DNA of 64,000 bases, taken from an archaeon. Its GTDB lineage: Archaea; Nanobdellota; Nanobdellia; Woesearchaeales; GW2011-AR15. Positions 36,199 to 45,151 of the stretch are shown here, piece by piece (the stretch's first letter is position 1; the number at the start of each line of letters is the position of its first letter). The notes under the pieces were generated by a model that made no database searches, was not told the origin of the DNA, and saw only the letters and a program-made list of their open reading frames with translations. The stretch is from positions 22,948-86,947 of the forward strand of contig JABHXU010000011.1 of NCBI GenBank assembly GCA_018657065.1, given 5' to 3'. A program made the position numbers and the translations under genes.

Positions 36199-37284
36199 AT
36201 GAATATTTTAGAAAAAGCTTCTGTATTAAGTAAAGCTGGACATTTTGACAGTTGTGGCCCAAAAATGTGCGAAGTTAATGTAAACAAAGGACTTGGTGGA
36301 ATTTACCACGCAAAAGCTGAGCATAAAACTTGTAAAATTTTTAAAACTTTAATGGATAATAATTGTAGTTTTGATTGTAAATATTGTTCTAATTCCAATC
36401 ATTGTAAAAAAAAGAAAGCTCAATATGAACCCAAAGAACTTGCAAATTTGTTTAATTTTATGCATAAAAAATTAGATGTGAATGGTTTATTTATCAGTTC
36501 GGCAGTGAATGGTAATCCGGATAAAGTTACGCGAAAAATGATTGATGCTGTAACAATAGTTAGAAAAAAATATCATTACAAAGGGTATGTACATTTCAAA
36601 GCATTACCAGGAACTTCATACGAACTCATGAAACAAGCATCTGAATTAAGTAATCGAATGAGCATTAATATTGAAGCTCCTAACAAATCCGTTCTAAAAG
36701 AACTTTCAAGTTGTAAAGATTATAAAAATGATTTACTAAAAAGACAAAGATGGATTAAAAATTTTAAACTAGGAAGTGGACAAGTAACACAAATGATTAT
36801 TAACAATATGTCAACTGATAAAGAAGTTCTTAAAACAATGAACTATGAATATAATGAAATGAAACTAAAACGCGTTTATTATTCTGCATTTCAACCTATA
36901 AAGGGAACTCCTCTAGAAAATTATTCTGCGTGTGATAAAAAAAGAGAAACGCATCTTTATAATGTTGATTTTTTAGTTCGAGGTTATAATTATAAAATAA
37001 AAGAATTTGACTCAATTTTTGACAATGGAATGTTACCAAAAATTGACCCTAAACTTGCATTAGCAAAGGCAAATTTTGATTCTCCACTTGATATTAATGA
37101 AGCTAATTTTAAAGACCTTATTAAAATTCCAGGTATCGGACCAAAAACTGCAGTTAAAATTGTACATCATAAAACAAAAATCTCAAGTTATAATGAATTA
37201 AATAAATTTGGTGTTTTCATTAAAAGAGCAAAACCCTTTATAAAAGTTAATGGAAAAAGACAAAAAATGCTTACTGAATTTTAA
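36199..37284 (+). CDS. Putative DNA modification/repair radical SAM protein with C-terminal helix-hairpin-helix
   Basis: CSFDCKYC (CxxxCxxC) cluster motif and C-terminal LIKIPGIGPKTAVKIV HhH. The architecture matches the rSAM family usually linked to UDG-family proteins. Confidence 0.8.
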   Translation: MNILEKASVLSKAGHFDSCGPKMCEVNVNKGLGGIYHAKAEHKTCKIFKTLMDNNCSFDCKYCSNSNHCKKKKAQYEPKELANLFNFMHKKLDVNGLFISSAVNGNPDKVTRKMIDAVTIVRKKYHYKGYVHFKALPGTSYELMKQASELSNRMSINIEAPNKSVLKELSSCKDYKNDLLKRQRWIKNFKLGSGQVTQMIINNMSTDKEVLKTMNYEYNEMKLKRVYYSAFQPIKGTPLENYSACDKKRETHLYNVDFLVRGYNYKIKEFDSIFDNGMLPKIDPKLALAKANFDSPLDINEANFKDLIKIPGIGPKTAVKIVHHKTKISSYNELNKFGVFIKRAKPFIKVNGKRQKMLTEF

Positions 37285-37328
37285 AAATTTTAATAAAGTT
37301 TAATTATAAAAAAAATATCTATTAATAA

Positions 37329-38327
37329 ATGAAAAAAGTTAATTACCCTCTTATTGCTATATTAGCACTTTTTATTGCAATGCTAGTTTCAACTATAGAT
37401 CTTAGCAAAACTATTAGAATTTCTAGTTCTGTAATTTGTGAAGATTCTCTTTCAGTTGATGCATATTATAACTTGCCAAGTAAAGTAAATGGAGAAAAAA
37501 GAAACATATCAAATGATTTGAATAAATTAAAAAATTTGGAATTTACACAAAAAGAATTATTGTATTTAGAATTGAGAAAAGAAATTATAACTAACTTAAA
37601 CATAGATGAACTTTATAATAATTTAGAAAAAAAATCATTAGATGTCAGAACAATAAATAGTAAAAAATATGAAAATTATACTGAACATGAATTGCTTGTC
37701 TTTGATGAGTATATTGGATGTTATAATGTTTTATTGTTGACACCGAGTATAATAAATAAAAAACTTCCCGCAATTATTGGACTCCATGGTCATGATGATA
37801 CAAATCAAATTTTTAAAGAGAAATATATGGGAAAAGATTTAGCAAATTTAGGATATGTTGTAATTATGCCTCAATTTAGAGCAATGGAAGGGAAAGATTG
37901 GGGAGCAAAAGAAGTTAATGTTTCAACTTATTTATACAACAACGGATTTTCTTTGATGGGAATAAGAATGTATGAAAGTCTACTCCTAATTAAATATTTA
38001 AAATCATTAGACTATGTTGACCAAAATAACATTGGAATTATTGGACATTCAGGAGGCAGTACAACTGCCAATTTACTTGTTAGAACTACTAAACACATCA
38101 AAGCATTAGTAACTGATAATACTTGGAATTTTGATGAACTCATAACAAATTTTGTTAAAGAAGAAGAGGTTGGAATAATTCACTGCAAAATTTATCCTGA
38201 ACTCTATGAATATCATAAAAACATTGATGATTGGAGTACTCTAGAAATACCTTTTATGCATGTACCTTATGCATTTGAAAAAAACAGGTCAGAAATAATA
38301 AACTTCTTTGACAAACATTTGAAATAA
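37329..38327 (+). CDS. Secreted/membrane-anchored alpha/beta hydrolase (dienelactone hydrolase / esterase-like)
   Basis: N-terminal hydrophobic helix, nucleophile elbow IIGHSGGS and an LHGHDD segment. Confidence 0.65.
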   Translation: MKKVNYPLIAILALFIAMLVSTIDLSKTIRISSSVICEDSLSVDAYYNLPSKVNGEKRNISNDLNKLKNLEFTQKELLYLELRKEIITNLNIDELYNNLEKKSLDVRTINSKKYENYTEHELLVFDEYIGCYNVLLLTPSIINKKLPAIIGLHGHDDTNQIFKEKYMGKDLANLGYVVIMPQFRAMEGKDWGAKEVNVSTYLYNNGFSLMGIRMYESLLLIKYLKSLDYVDQNNIGIIGHSGGSTTANLLVRTTKHIKALVTDNTWNFDELITNFVKEEEVGIIHCKIYPELYEYHKNIDDWSTLEIPFMHVPYAFEKNRSEIINFFDKHLK

Positions 38328-38332
38328 AAATG

Positions 38333-38350
38333 CGAAGGGCAAGATTCCCT
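38333..38350 (-). repeat. Partial copy of the tRNA-Leu 3-prime end (17 of 18 nt identical)
   Basis: tgcgaagggcaagattcc compared with tgcgaagggcaggattcg at 38444-38461. Like the tRNA, it is followed on the minus strand by a U-run. Confidence 0.7.
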
Positions 38351-38443
38351 AATGAGTGAAACAAATGGGTGCAGGAAATCTAGTTTACTATTCAGTTAAT
38401 TTCCTAGCACGTTCGAATCAGAAACAAGAATTTTTGAAAAAAA

Positions 38444-38527
38444 TGCGAAGGGCAGGATTCGAACCTGCGAACTCACTAAGAGATTGGCTCTTGAGGCCAG
38501 CACGTTTGACCGCTTCGCTACCTTCGC
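38444..38527 (-). tRNA. tRNA-Leu (anticodon CAA), type II with long variable arm, no encoded CCA
   Basis: Folded manually. Acceptor GCGAAGG/CCUUCGC, anticodon loop CUCAAGA, variable arm CUC-UUAGU-GAG, T arm GCAGG-UUCGAAU-CCUGC, discriminator A. Confidence 0.9.
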
Positions 38528-38566
38528 TTAAGACACTAGGAAGAATAAGATTGTTTTAAATCTTAC

Positions 38567-39271
38567 TTATTTCAAAATCTGACCATTTTTCATTGACCAT
38601 AAAAGCAAATCAAGCTCATCTGAATTAATTTTCAAATTCCTACTTAATTGAAAATATTTTTTTTCTAAATCTAAATAATTTTTTTGAGTTATTGTTTTAG
38701 GAATTTGACCTATAACTCCAAATTCTTGCATTGATCTTATAATATGTTTATCTAATATTGAAAGCCCAAAAACTCCAATATTTCTTAAAAAATGACTTGA
38801 TTCTTTAAATCCTAATCCTTTTACATTTAAAGCTAAAAATTCTCTAAGTTTAAATTTTTCATTTGATAAAACCAATTCTTTTAAATTTAGTTTTTTATCT
38901 CTTGCTTCAATAATATACTTAGCTCTAATATTAGGAAATCTATATCCTGATTCATTTAATTTTCTTTGTAACTTCTCTAGATTTCCTACTTCTAAAATTG
39001 GCCTTAAATTATCAATTGATTTTGCACTCATTGCTGCAGAGGTATTAGCTGTGAGTAAACAAAATGAAAGTTCTTCAAATAATCGCTCATTATGATTTTT
39101 TTTAGATTCTACTAAAACAATATTATTATCTGTAAAATTCCAGCAAACATTATTAGAAAAAAAAGTTTTAAACTCATTAAGTCTACATAAAATTCTTTGT
39201 TTTCTTAACTTATATAAATTGTATAGTTGATTTTTCATTTTCTGATTTAGTTTTTTTAAATAATCCTTCAA
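38567..39271 (-). CDS. ogg: N-glycosylase/DNA lyase (archaeal Ogg2-type 8-oxoguanine DNA glycosylase, HhH-GPD)
   Basis: VKGLGFKESSHFLRNIG followed by ILDKHI, as in archaeal Ogg. The start overlaps the upstream gene end. Confidence 0.8.
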   Translation of the reverse strand: MKDYLKKLNQKMKNQLYNLYKLRKQRILCRLNEFKTFFSNNVCWNFTDNNIVLVESKKNHNERLFEELSFCLLTANTSAAMSAKSIDNLRPILEVGNLEKLQRKLNESGYRFPNIRAKYIIEARDKKLNLKELVLSNEKFKLREFLALNVKGLGFKESSHFLRNIGVFGLSILDKHIIRSMQEFGVIGQIPKTITQKNYLDLEKKYFQLSRNLKINSDELDLLLWSMKNGQILK

Positions 39272-40238
39272 TCACTCCAAAATATAATAATGCTAAACCT
39301 CCAATTAATGTCCTAAGTAAATCCTTTGCTCTAACAAGTAAACTAATTGAAAGACCTATAGCTCTTTCCATATTTAACATACTTAGTGCAGAAACTTGAG
39401 ATGTTTCTAAGACGCCTAGTGCCATTGGTACAGGCATTGAATAAGAAATTGCAACAGCCCCCATTAACATAAATACTACAAAAGGATTTGGTGCAAAATT
39501 AAATAATGCTAAAGCAAAATAATATTCTAAAAACATTAGTAAATACATAATCATCTGAATTGCTACAACAACAAAAAAATATCTAAAATGTTTTTTATAA
39601 AATGTATGAATTGTATGTTCAATTTCTTCAATTTCTTTTCTGATTTTTTTGATTTTTTTATTATGTCTCCAAAATGTGATATTAAATATAGCACTAAAAA
39701 ATGGTTTTTTTGTAAACATACAATGAAAATAAGTCCCTACTAAAATAATTACACCTGTAAGTATTACAGAAAAAATAATTTTAATATTATTTGAAATTGA
39801 ATAGTGCAAAAACATCATAATTGCTGCTGTTAAAATAAATACAATATCTGTTACAAGAAGCATTGTCTTATCAATTAGAATTGTACTAATTCCTTGTTTA
39901 AAATTTATTCCATTTCTTTTAAGAAGTAATGCTCTAACTGGTTCTCCTCCAATATGTGCTTGTGGACTTAAGTAACCTACGGCATAACCACTCATCCTAT
40001 AAAAAAATAAATTAAAATAAGGTACTTTAAATTTAAATGCTTTAATTACAATAGACCATCTAAAGGTTCCTAAAAGTTCTAAACAAACTATGACACCCAA
40101 ATAATATGGTAGAATACTTAAATTAAAATTTCTAAAAGAATCAATTACCTCATTAATTCCAAATTTTTTATAATTTAAATATATCAAAAAAAAACCTACT
40201 AGTAAACTAATAACCATAATCTTTGTTTTTTTCTTCAT
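39210..40238 (-). CDS. Polytopic membrane protein, UPF0104 / lysylphosphatidylglycerol-synthase-TM (flippase-like) family
   Basis: About eight TM helices. The N-terminal pattern (basic residues, TM, FRWSIVIK) and overall layout are typical of this family. Confidence 0.65.
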   Translation of the reverse strand: MKKKTKIMVISLLVGFFLIYLNYKKFGINEVIDSFRNFNLSILPYYLGVIVCLELLGTFRWSIVIKAFKFKVPYFNLFFYRMSGYAVGYLSPQAHIGGEPVRALLLKRNGINFKQGISTILIDKTMLLVTDIVFILTAAIMMFLHYSISNNIKIIFSVILTGVIILVGTYFHCMFTKKPFFSAIFNITFWRHNKKIKKIRKEIEEIEHTIHTFYKKHFRYFFVVVAIQMIMYLLMFLEYYFALALFNFAPNPFVVFMLMGAVAISYSMPVPMALGVLETSQVSALSMLNMERAIGLSISLLVRAKDLLRTLIGGLALLYFGVIEGLFKKTKSENEKSTIQFI

Positions 40239-40291
40239 TACAACCCATGCAAAAAGTTCATATTTAAAATTGTTTAGATAAAAATTAAAAA

Positions 40292-40307
40292 CGCGCCAGA
40301 GAAGATT
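40292..40307 (-). repeat. Partial copy of the tRNA-Arg 3-prime end (16 nt identical; 20 nt counting the shared aaaa)
   Basis: aaaacgcgccagagaagatt occurs at 40288-40307 and again at 40367-40386, which is the 3-prime end of the tRNA. Confidence 0.75.
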
Positions 40308-40370
40308 ACCACCAACTGATACCAGTTGACAGCTAACGTTGGCTAGGTATAAAACCTAGCGTAGATAAAA

Positions 40371-40445
40371 CGCGCCAGAGAAGATTTGAACTCCCGACCT
40401 AATGCTTAGGAGGCATTCGCTCTATCCAAGCTGAGCTACTGGCGC
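40371..40445 (-). tRNA. tRNA-Arg (anticodon CCU), no encoded CCA
   Basis: Folded manually. Acceptor GCGCCAG/CUGGCGC, D arm GCUC-AGCUUGGAUA-GAGC, anticodon arm AAUGC-CUCCUAA-GCAUU, T arm GGGAG-UUCAAAU-CUUCU, discriminator G. Confidence 0.9.
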
Positions 40446-40515
40446 ATGTGCTGCAAGAATCTATTTTATATTAAATAATTATTGGGATTAAATATAGAAA
40501 AAAAATAAGAAAAAA

Positions 40516-40965
40516 TTAATTATCTAATCTTTTCCAAGAAGTACCATCACAACCAAAGAAATGCTTATTATTTTTGTTATAATATATTGATCCTTCTTTG
40601 TTTGCATTACAACCTGGTTGTGTTGATGGCCTCGTTCTAATTGGACCATCAACATCTAATTTTGTTTGAGGAACTACACCTATACCAACATTACCTCCAG
40701 CATTAATTCGAACAGCCATAGTGTCAAATTCCTTTGCTTTAGAAGTTTTTATAACTAGTCCTGATCCCATTTTCTTCGACATAATAGTGGGAGTACCTAC
40801 TTCTTTGTTCAATACAATTCCACCTGGCCACATTCGTGTAAAAGTTTTTCCTGAAATTGTAGAAATTACCTTATGTGAAGTCAAACCTTCATTAACAATT
40901 ACATCTCCTGAGGATTTTATTCTCATTGCTGTCAAATCTGTCCTTGTTGAATTACTCATCCTCAT
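40516..40965 (-). CDS. Hypothetical protein with tail-fibre-like C-terminal motif
   Basis: GGNVGIGVVPQTKLDVDGPIR followed by C-terminal CNANKEGSIYYNKNNKHFFGCDGTSWKRL. This pattern recurs at the ends of many fibre/adhesin-like proteins. No signal peptide is seen. Confidence 0.45.
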   Translation of the reverse strand: MRMSNSTRTDLTAMRIKSSGDVIVNEGLTSHKVISTISGKTFTRMWPGGIVLNKEVGTPTIMSKKMGSGLVIKTSKAKEFDTMAVRINAGGNVGIGVVPQTKLDVDGPIRTRPSTQPGCNANKEGSIYYNKNNKHFFGCDGTSWKRLDN

Positions 40966-41159
40966 CTTATTCCTCCTTTAAAAACATATTTAATTATTTA
41001 AAATAAAATTGAGATATATAAAATTTTATAAAAAAATAGCATGCCTCTGCTAACTTTATTTATCCAATAATGGACTACTCCAAAAGTATCATCATTGACA
41101 TGCTGACTTTAAGAATAAGAGGTTATTTTAAATATCTTTGCTGATTTTAAAAAAAGAGT

Positions 41160-42023
41160 ATGGTAAAGGTTATAGAACTCATAGATTTGACCAAATCACA
41201 ACTTGATAAACTTAATAGAAATAAAACAATATTTGTAAGTGCAATTTCTCCTATTGAAGTACATGGTCCTCATCTTCCTTTAGGTTCTGATTTAATGGCT
41301 GCTAGAGAAATTATGAAAAGAACATGTCAAAAAATTAAAAATTATGATTTAATCCATATTGAAGATTTAGCTATGGGTGCACATGTTATGCCTGCTGGTG
41401 GTTCATTTCCAGTTCACTATAGAACCTTAAAAAAAATTATTGTTATGTGGGCAACAAAACTCCAAGAAATGGGATTTAAGCATTGGCTAATTTTTAATGG
41501 TCATGGAGCCGCCAATCAAATTCTTGCTCTTTGTGAAGCTTCAACAATAATGAAGAAAAAAGGATTTAATTTGATTATCCCTTTTTTAACAATATTTCAT
41601 GAATCAAAAAAATTAAATGAAGATTTAAAACTCTCTAAAGAATTTTCTGGCGGCATGATAGATTATCATGCAGGAACAAATGAAACCTCTTTGTTGCTTG
41701 CTATTGATGAAAAAAAAGTAGCCAAAGATTATAAGAAATATAAAAAATATTTTCCAAAATTTAAATCAAAACTAGGAAATTTTATTAGATTATTTGGAGA
41801 AAAAGATATGGGAACAGTATGTGATTGGGTAGAAGACCCTAAATCTAGATTTTATTTGGGAGATCCTTCAAAAGCAAACAAAAAAATTGGTGAAAAATTC
41901 TTAGAATATAACGCTATAAGAAGTTATGAAATTTTTAATGATAGTATAAAAAAAGGTTATGTGCCTCCAAAATACTTTTCACCTTTTATGAAGTTTATGC
42001 TTAAAATAACCCCTGAATGGTAA
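41160..42023 (+). CDS. Creatininase-family amidohydrolase
   Basis: SPIEVHGPHLPLGSD motif and the family-typical NGHG segment. Confidence 0.8.
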   Translation: MVKVIELIDLTKSQLDKLNRNKTIFVSAISPIEVHGPHLPLGSDLMAAREIMKRTCQKIKNYDLIHIEDLAMGAHVMPAGGSFPVHYRTLKKIIVMWATKLQEMGFKHWLIFNGHGAANQILALCEASTIMKKKGFNLIIPFLTIFHESKKLNEDLKLSKEFSGGMIDYHAGTNETSLLLAIDEKKVAKDYKKYKKYFPKFKSKLGNFIRLFGEKDMGTVCDWVEDPKSRFYLGDPSKANKKIGEKFLEYNAIRSYEIFNDSIKKGYVPPKYFSPFMKFMLKITPEW

Positions 42024-42024
42024 C

Positions 42025-42831
42025 TCAAGGAAGATACATTTTTTCTACTATTTTTTCTATTAAACTATCACTCATAAATCTTTTTGCAAACATTAAAAAT
42101 TTATATTTTGGTTCAATAAAATATTTGGGTTTCAAATTTCTTTGATCTACCAAATTACAAACAAATTTGGCAACATCATTTGGATCTAATCCTGCTCTTT
42201 CATCTTTTTTCATAGTGTTTATACTATTCATACATTCATTATAATAAGGTGTTCCTTTAGTACAAGCTTTTGCCACTTTTCTATTAATTGTAAATTTTGA
42301 TTTTACATCTCCAGGATGAACCGTAGTTGAATCTATTCCAAATTTTTTACATTCAGACCTTATTGCACCCATCATTCCAGTTAAAGCCATCTTGCTAGTT
42401 GAATAAAAACTTTGAAAAGGAATAATTACTTCTGATGCTAATGAACTAATTGTTATTATTCTTCCAAATTTTTGTTTTCGCATAATTGGTAAAACATTCT
42501 TTACAATTCTATGAGTTCCAAAAAAATTTACTTCAAATTGATGTCTGGCCTCTTCAATCGATGTATCTTCAACACCTCCGCCTAAACCATATCCTGCACA
42601 ATTAATTAAAACATCTATTCTATTTTCTTTTGACAAAATCTTTTTAAAAAATACATCTACAGATTTATCATTTGTTATGTCACAAGGAATTAAATTATAT
42701 TTTGTTTTAAGATTATTTTTTTCATCATCTCCAAATGTTGTACCGTAGATTTTATACTCTTTTGATAATATTTCAGCACATTTTTTTCCTATACCAGAAT
42801 TAGCTCCTGTAATAACAATTATTTTTTTCAT
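42025..42831 (-). CDS. Short-chain dehydrogenase/reductase (SDR)
   Basis: VITGANSGIGK cofactor motif and YSTSK catalytic motif. Confidence 0.85.
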   Translation of the reverse strand: MKKIIVITGANSGIGKKCAEILSKEYKIYGTTFGDDEKNNLKTKYNLIPCDITNDKSVDVFFKKILSKENRIDVLINCAGYGLGGGVEDTSIEEARHQFEVNFFGTHRIVKNVLPIMRKQKFGRIITISSLASEVIIPFQSFYSTSKMALTGMMGAIRSECKKFGIDSTTVHPGDVKSKFTINRKVAKACTKGTPYYNECMNSINTMKKDERAGLDPNDVAKFVCNLVDQRNLKPKYFIEPKYKFLMFAKRFMSDSLIEKIVEKMYLP

Positions 42832-43949
42832 TCTTCAACACCTACTTTACATACAAGCCTTTCACCTTGGCCAGTTATAACTTTTACATATCCTGACAAT
42901 TCTTTATCAAGTTCAGGATCTCCTGAATCCACTAAAAGAGGTTCTCCCTTTAAATTTAATATTTTTTTTTTTGTTGCTACAATGTAAATATTTTCTTTTC
43001 CAATTTTTCTAATTACTTTTGCACTAATTTGCTGATTTCCTCTTCCAAAAATATATCCCTGATTTCCAATAATTGTTACAATTATCTTTGCCTTATTATT
43101 CTTGATTTTTTCCAATATTTGTTTTTCGTTTACGTCTTTTAATAATATTTTTTTATTTTGGATTAAATCTACGCCAATAAGTGTTTTTTCCAATTTTAAT
43201 TCATTAAATATTTGTTTTGTTGTAGATCCACCTCCAACTATATAAATAATATTTTGATCTAGTAAATTAATAATTTCATGCGCAATTAGTTTTTGATCTT
43301 CTTTAGAACTAATACTTCCTGCTTTTATATTTTGAACATATTTTTTATCAAAAAGAATTTTTAGATATCCATATAATTTTGATTTAATTCTTTCATTTCG
43401 ATACTCTTCTTCATCAATATCCATAACTTCTCGTAGTTCAGTTGAATATGTTTTATTTAAAATAAATCTTGATATGATTTCTGAAGCTAATTTAGGTGAT
43501 TTTGCATATACTGCGGATTGAATTTTTACTCCTGTTGGAATTCCTATACACAAAATTTCATCTTTTACAATTTCATAAATATCTTTTGCAGTTCCATCTC
43601 CTCCTGCAAAAATAAGTAGATCAATATTTTCTTTTAACAATTCTTTTACAGCTTTCTTTGTATCCTTAGAGGTTGTATTTTTTTTGAAAGTTTGTTCAAA
43701 TAATTTATAATTAATATCTAAATTTTTTATTGCTTCCTCTCCCATCTCACCTGGACAAGTAATAATTTCAAATTTATTAAAAAGAGATAAAATATTTTCA
43801 AATACATATCTTGTTTTACTAATAGACTCAGAAGAATATCCCATTTTTAGAGCTTGGTTTTTAATTTCAATATTATCTGTACCTTTAAATCCAGATTTTC
43901 CACCTAATCCTGCAATAGGATTAATGATGAGACCAATTTTTTTTTTCAT
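42828..43949 (-). CDS. ATP-NAD kinase-like protein (COG3199 / AcoX-like)
   Basis: GLIINPIAGLGG N-terminus and FAGGDGTAKD (GGDGT) motif. Confidence 0.7.
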   Translation of the reverse strand: MKKKIGLIINPIAGLGGKSGFKGTDNIEIKNQALKMGYSSESISKTRYVFENILSLFNKFEIITCPGEMGEEAIKNLDINYKLFEQTFKKNTTSKDTKKAVKELLKENIDLLIFAGGDGTAKDIYEIVKDEILCIGIPTGVKIQSAVYAKSPKLASEIISRFILNKTYSTELREVMDIDEEEYRNERIKSKLYGYLKILFDKKYVQNIKAGSISSKEDQKLIAHEIINLLDQNIIYIVGGGSTTKQIFNELKLEKTLIGVDLIQNKKILLKDVNEKQILEKIKNNKAKIIVTIIGNQGYIFGRGNQQISAKVIRKIGKENIYIVATKKKILNLKGEPLLVDSGDPELDKELSGYVKVITGQGERLVCKVGVEE

Positions 43950-44356
43950 TAGTTATTTTTTAACCATTGCTTAGATTGTTCTTTACTTTCCCAATTTAAC
44001 AACCATTTTTGTGCTTTATTTTTATCTAAAAAAAACTGGATATCAGTATCATCCTCTGCAGTAATTTGAGTCAATAAAAATTTCAATGTAATACTTGGGA
44101 CCACTATTGCAGACGCAACAACCCAATCAGATTCATATTTTGAAGCTTCTGCCCATAATTTTTGAAAATTTCTTCCAAGTAAATTTGCTTCTTTTCTAAT
44201 AATTAATAAACTTTTTTTCATTCCTTTTTCATTAAGCCCTTTTTGATATGCTGCTGCTGCTTTTTGAGCTGTTTCAATATCCATTTTCCCAAATTCAATT
44301 GTTAGTGTATCTCCTTCAAATTCATCCTTAAAACCTTGCATAATTTCTTTTTCCAT
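43949..44356 (-). CDS. Hypothetical protein, possibly STAS/SpoIIAA-like
   Basis: 135-aa ORF with weak resemblance to this fold (AIVVPS...QFFLDKNKAQKWL). It is packed tightly in the operon (stop/start overlap). Confidence 0.35.
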   Translation of the reverse strand: MEKEIMQGFKDEFEGDTLTIEFGKMDIETAQKAAAAYQKGLNEKGMKKSLLIIRKEANLLGRNFQKLWAEASKYESDWVVASAIVVPSITLKFLLTQITAEDDTDIQFFLDKNKAQKWLLNWESKEQSKQWLKNN

Positions 44357-44365
44357 TTTTTTACC

Positions 44366-45151
44366 TCACTCTTCCAAACCTACAAGACCTGCACTTTCAG
44401 GAATTGTACTTCCCCCATCAACAATTATTGGACTTCCAGTTATATAACTAGCTTCATTTGATGCTAAAAAAGCTACAACTTCTCCTATTTCTTCAGGTTT
44501 TCCTAGCCTTCCTAAAGCAATACCATTTGACATCATTTGCATAAGTAGTTCTGGATTATCTGGAAAACTTTCTTTACATGCATTTCTAACCATAGGAGTA
44601 TCAATCATTCCAGGAAGAACAGCGTTCACAGTTATTCCATGTTTTGCTACTTCATACGCTAAAGTTCTTGTAAATCCCCAAACAGCTCCCTTAGCTGCAC
44701 CATAAGCAGTCTCACCTTTATCTGCAACTAAAACTCCTGTAACTGAAGAAATATTAACAATTCTACCATATTTTTTCTCAACCATAATAGGAAGAATTTC
44801 TTTTGTACAATTCCAAACTCCTTTAATATCCACATCAAACATTTTATCTCTAACTTCGTCACTCATTTCTAGAAAAGGAATAAGCTGAACAATTCCCGCA
44901 TTATTGACTAAAATATCTATAGTATTGTGAGTTTCAATTATTTGTTTTACAACTTCACTAATTTGTTTTTTATTTGTTACATCCATAACAAAGCCAATTC
45001 CTCCAACTTCCTTTGCAGTTTTTATTACTGTTTGATCTACATCAGTTAGAATCACAGTTGCACCATGCTTAACAAATACTTTTGCTATTCCTTTTCCATT
45101 TCCCTTTGCTGCACCTGTTATAATTGCAATTTTACCTTCAAGTTTTTTCAT
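44366..45151 (-). CDS. SDR, FabG/glucose-dehydrogenase-like oxidoreductase
   Basis: ITGAAKGNGKG, NNAG and YGAAK motifs. Confidence 0.85.
   Translation of the reverse strand: MKKLEGKIAIITGAAKGNGKGIAKVFVKHGATVILTDVDQTVIKTAKEVGGIGFVMDVTNKKQISEVVKQIIETHNTIDILVNNAGIVQLIPFLEMSDEVRDKMFDVDIKGVWNCTKEILPIMVEKKYGRIVNISSVTGVLVADKGETAYGAAKGAVWGFTRTLAYEVAKHGITVNAVLPGMIDTPMVRNACKESFPDNPELLMQMMSNGIALGRLGKPEEIGEVVAFLASNEASYITGSPIIVDGGSTIPESAGLVGLEE

Noticed and set aside
38356-38559. 67-aa plus-strand ORF.
   Set aside because: It overlaps the tRNA-Leu gene and its downstream repeat on the opposite strand. The region is explained by the tRNA.
38333-40445. Integrated mobile element or provirus delimited by the two tRNAs and their partial repeats.
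   Set aside because: No integrase, transposase, capsid or replication gene lies between or beside them. Each repeat pair spans only ~80-110 nt. The intervening genes (Ogg2, UPF0104) look chromosomal and share the composition of the rest of the window.
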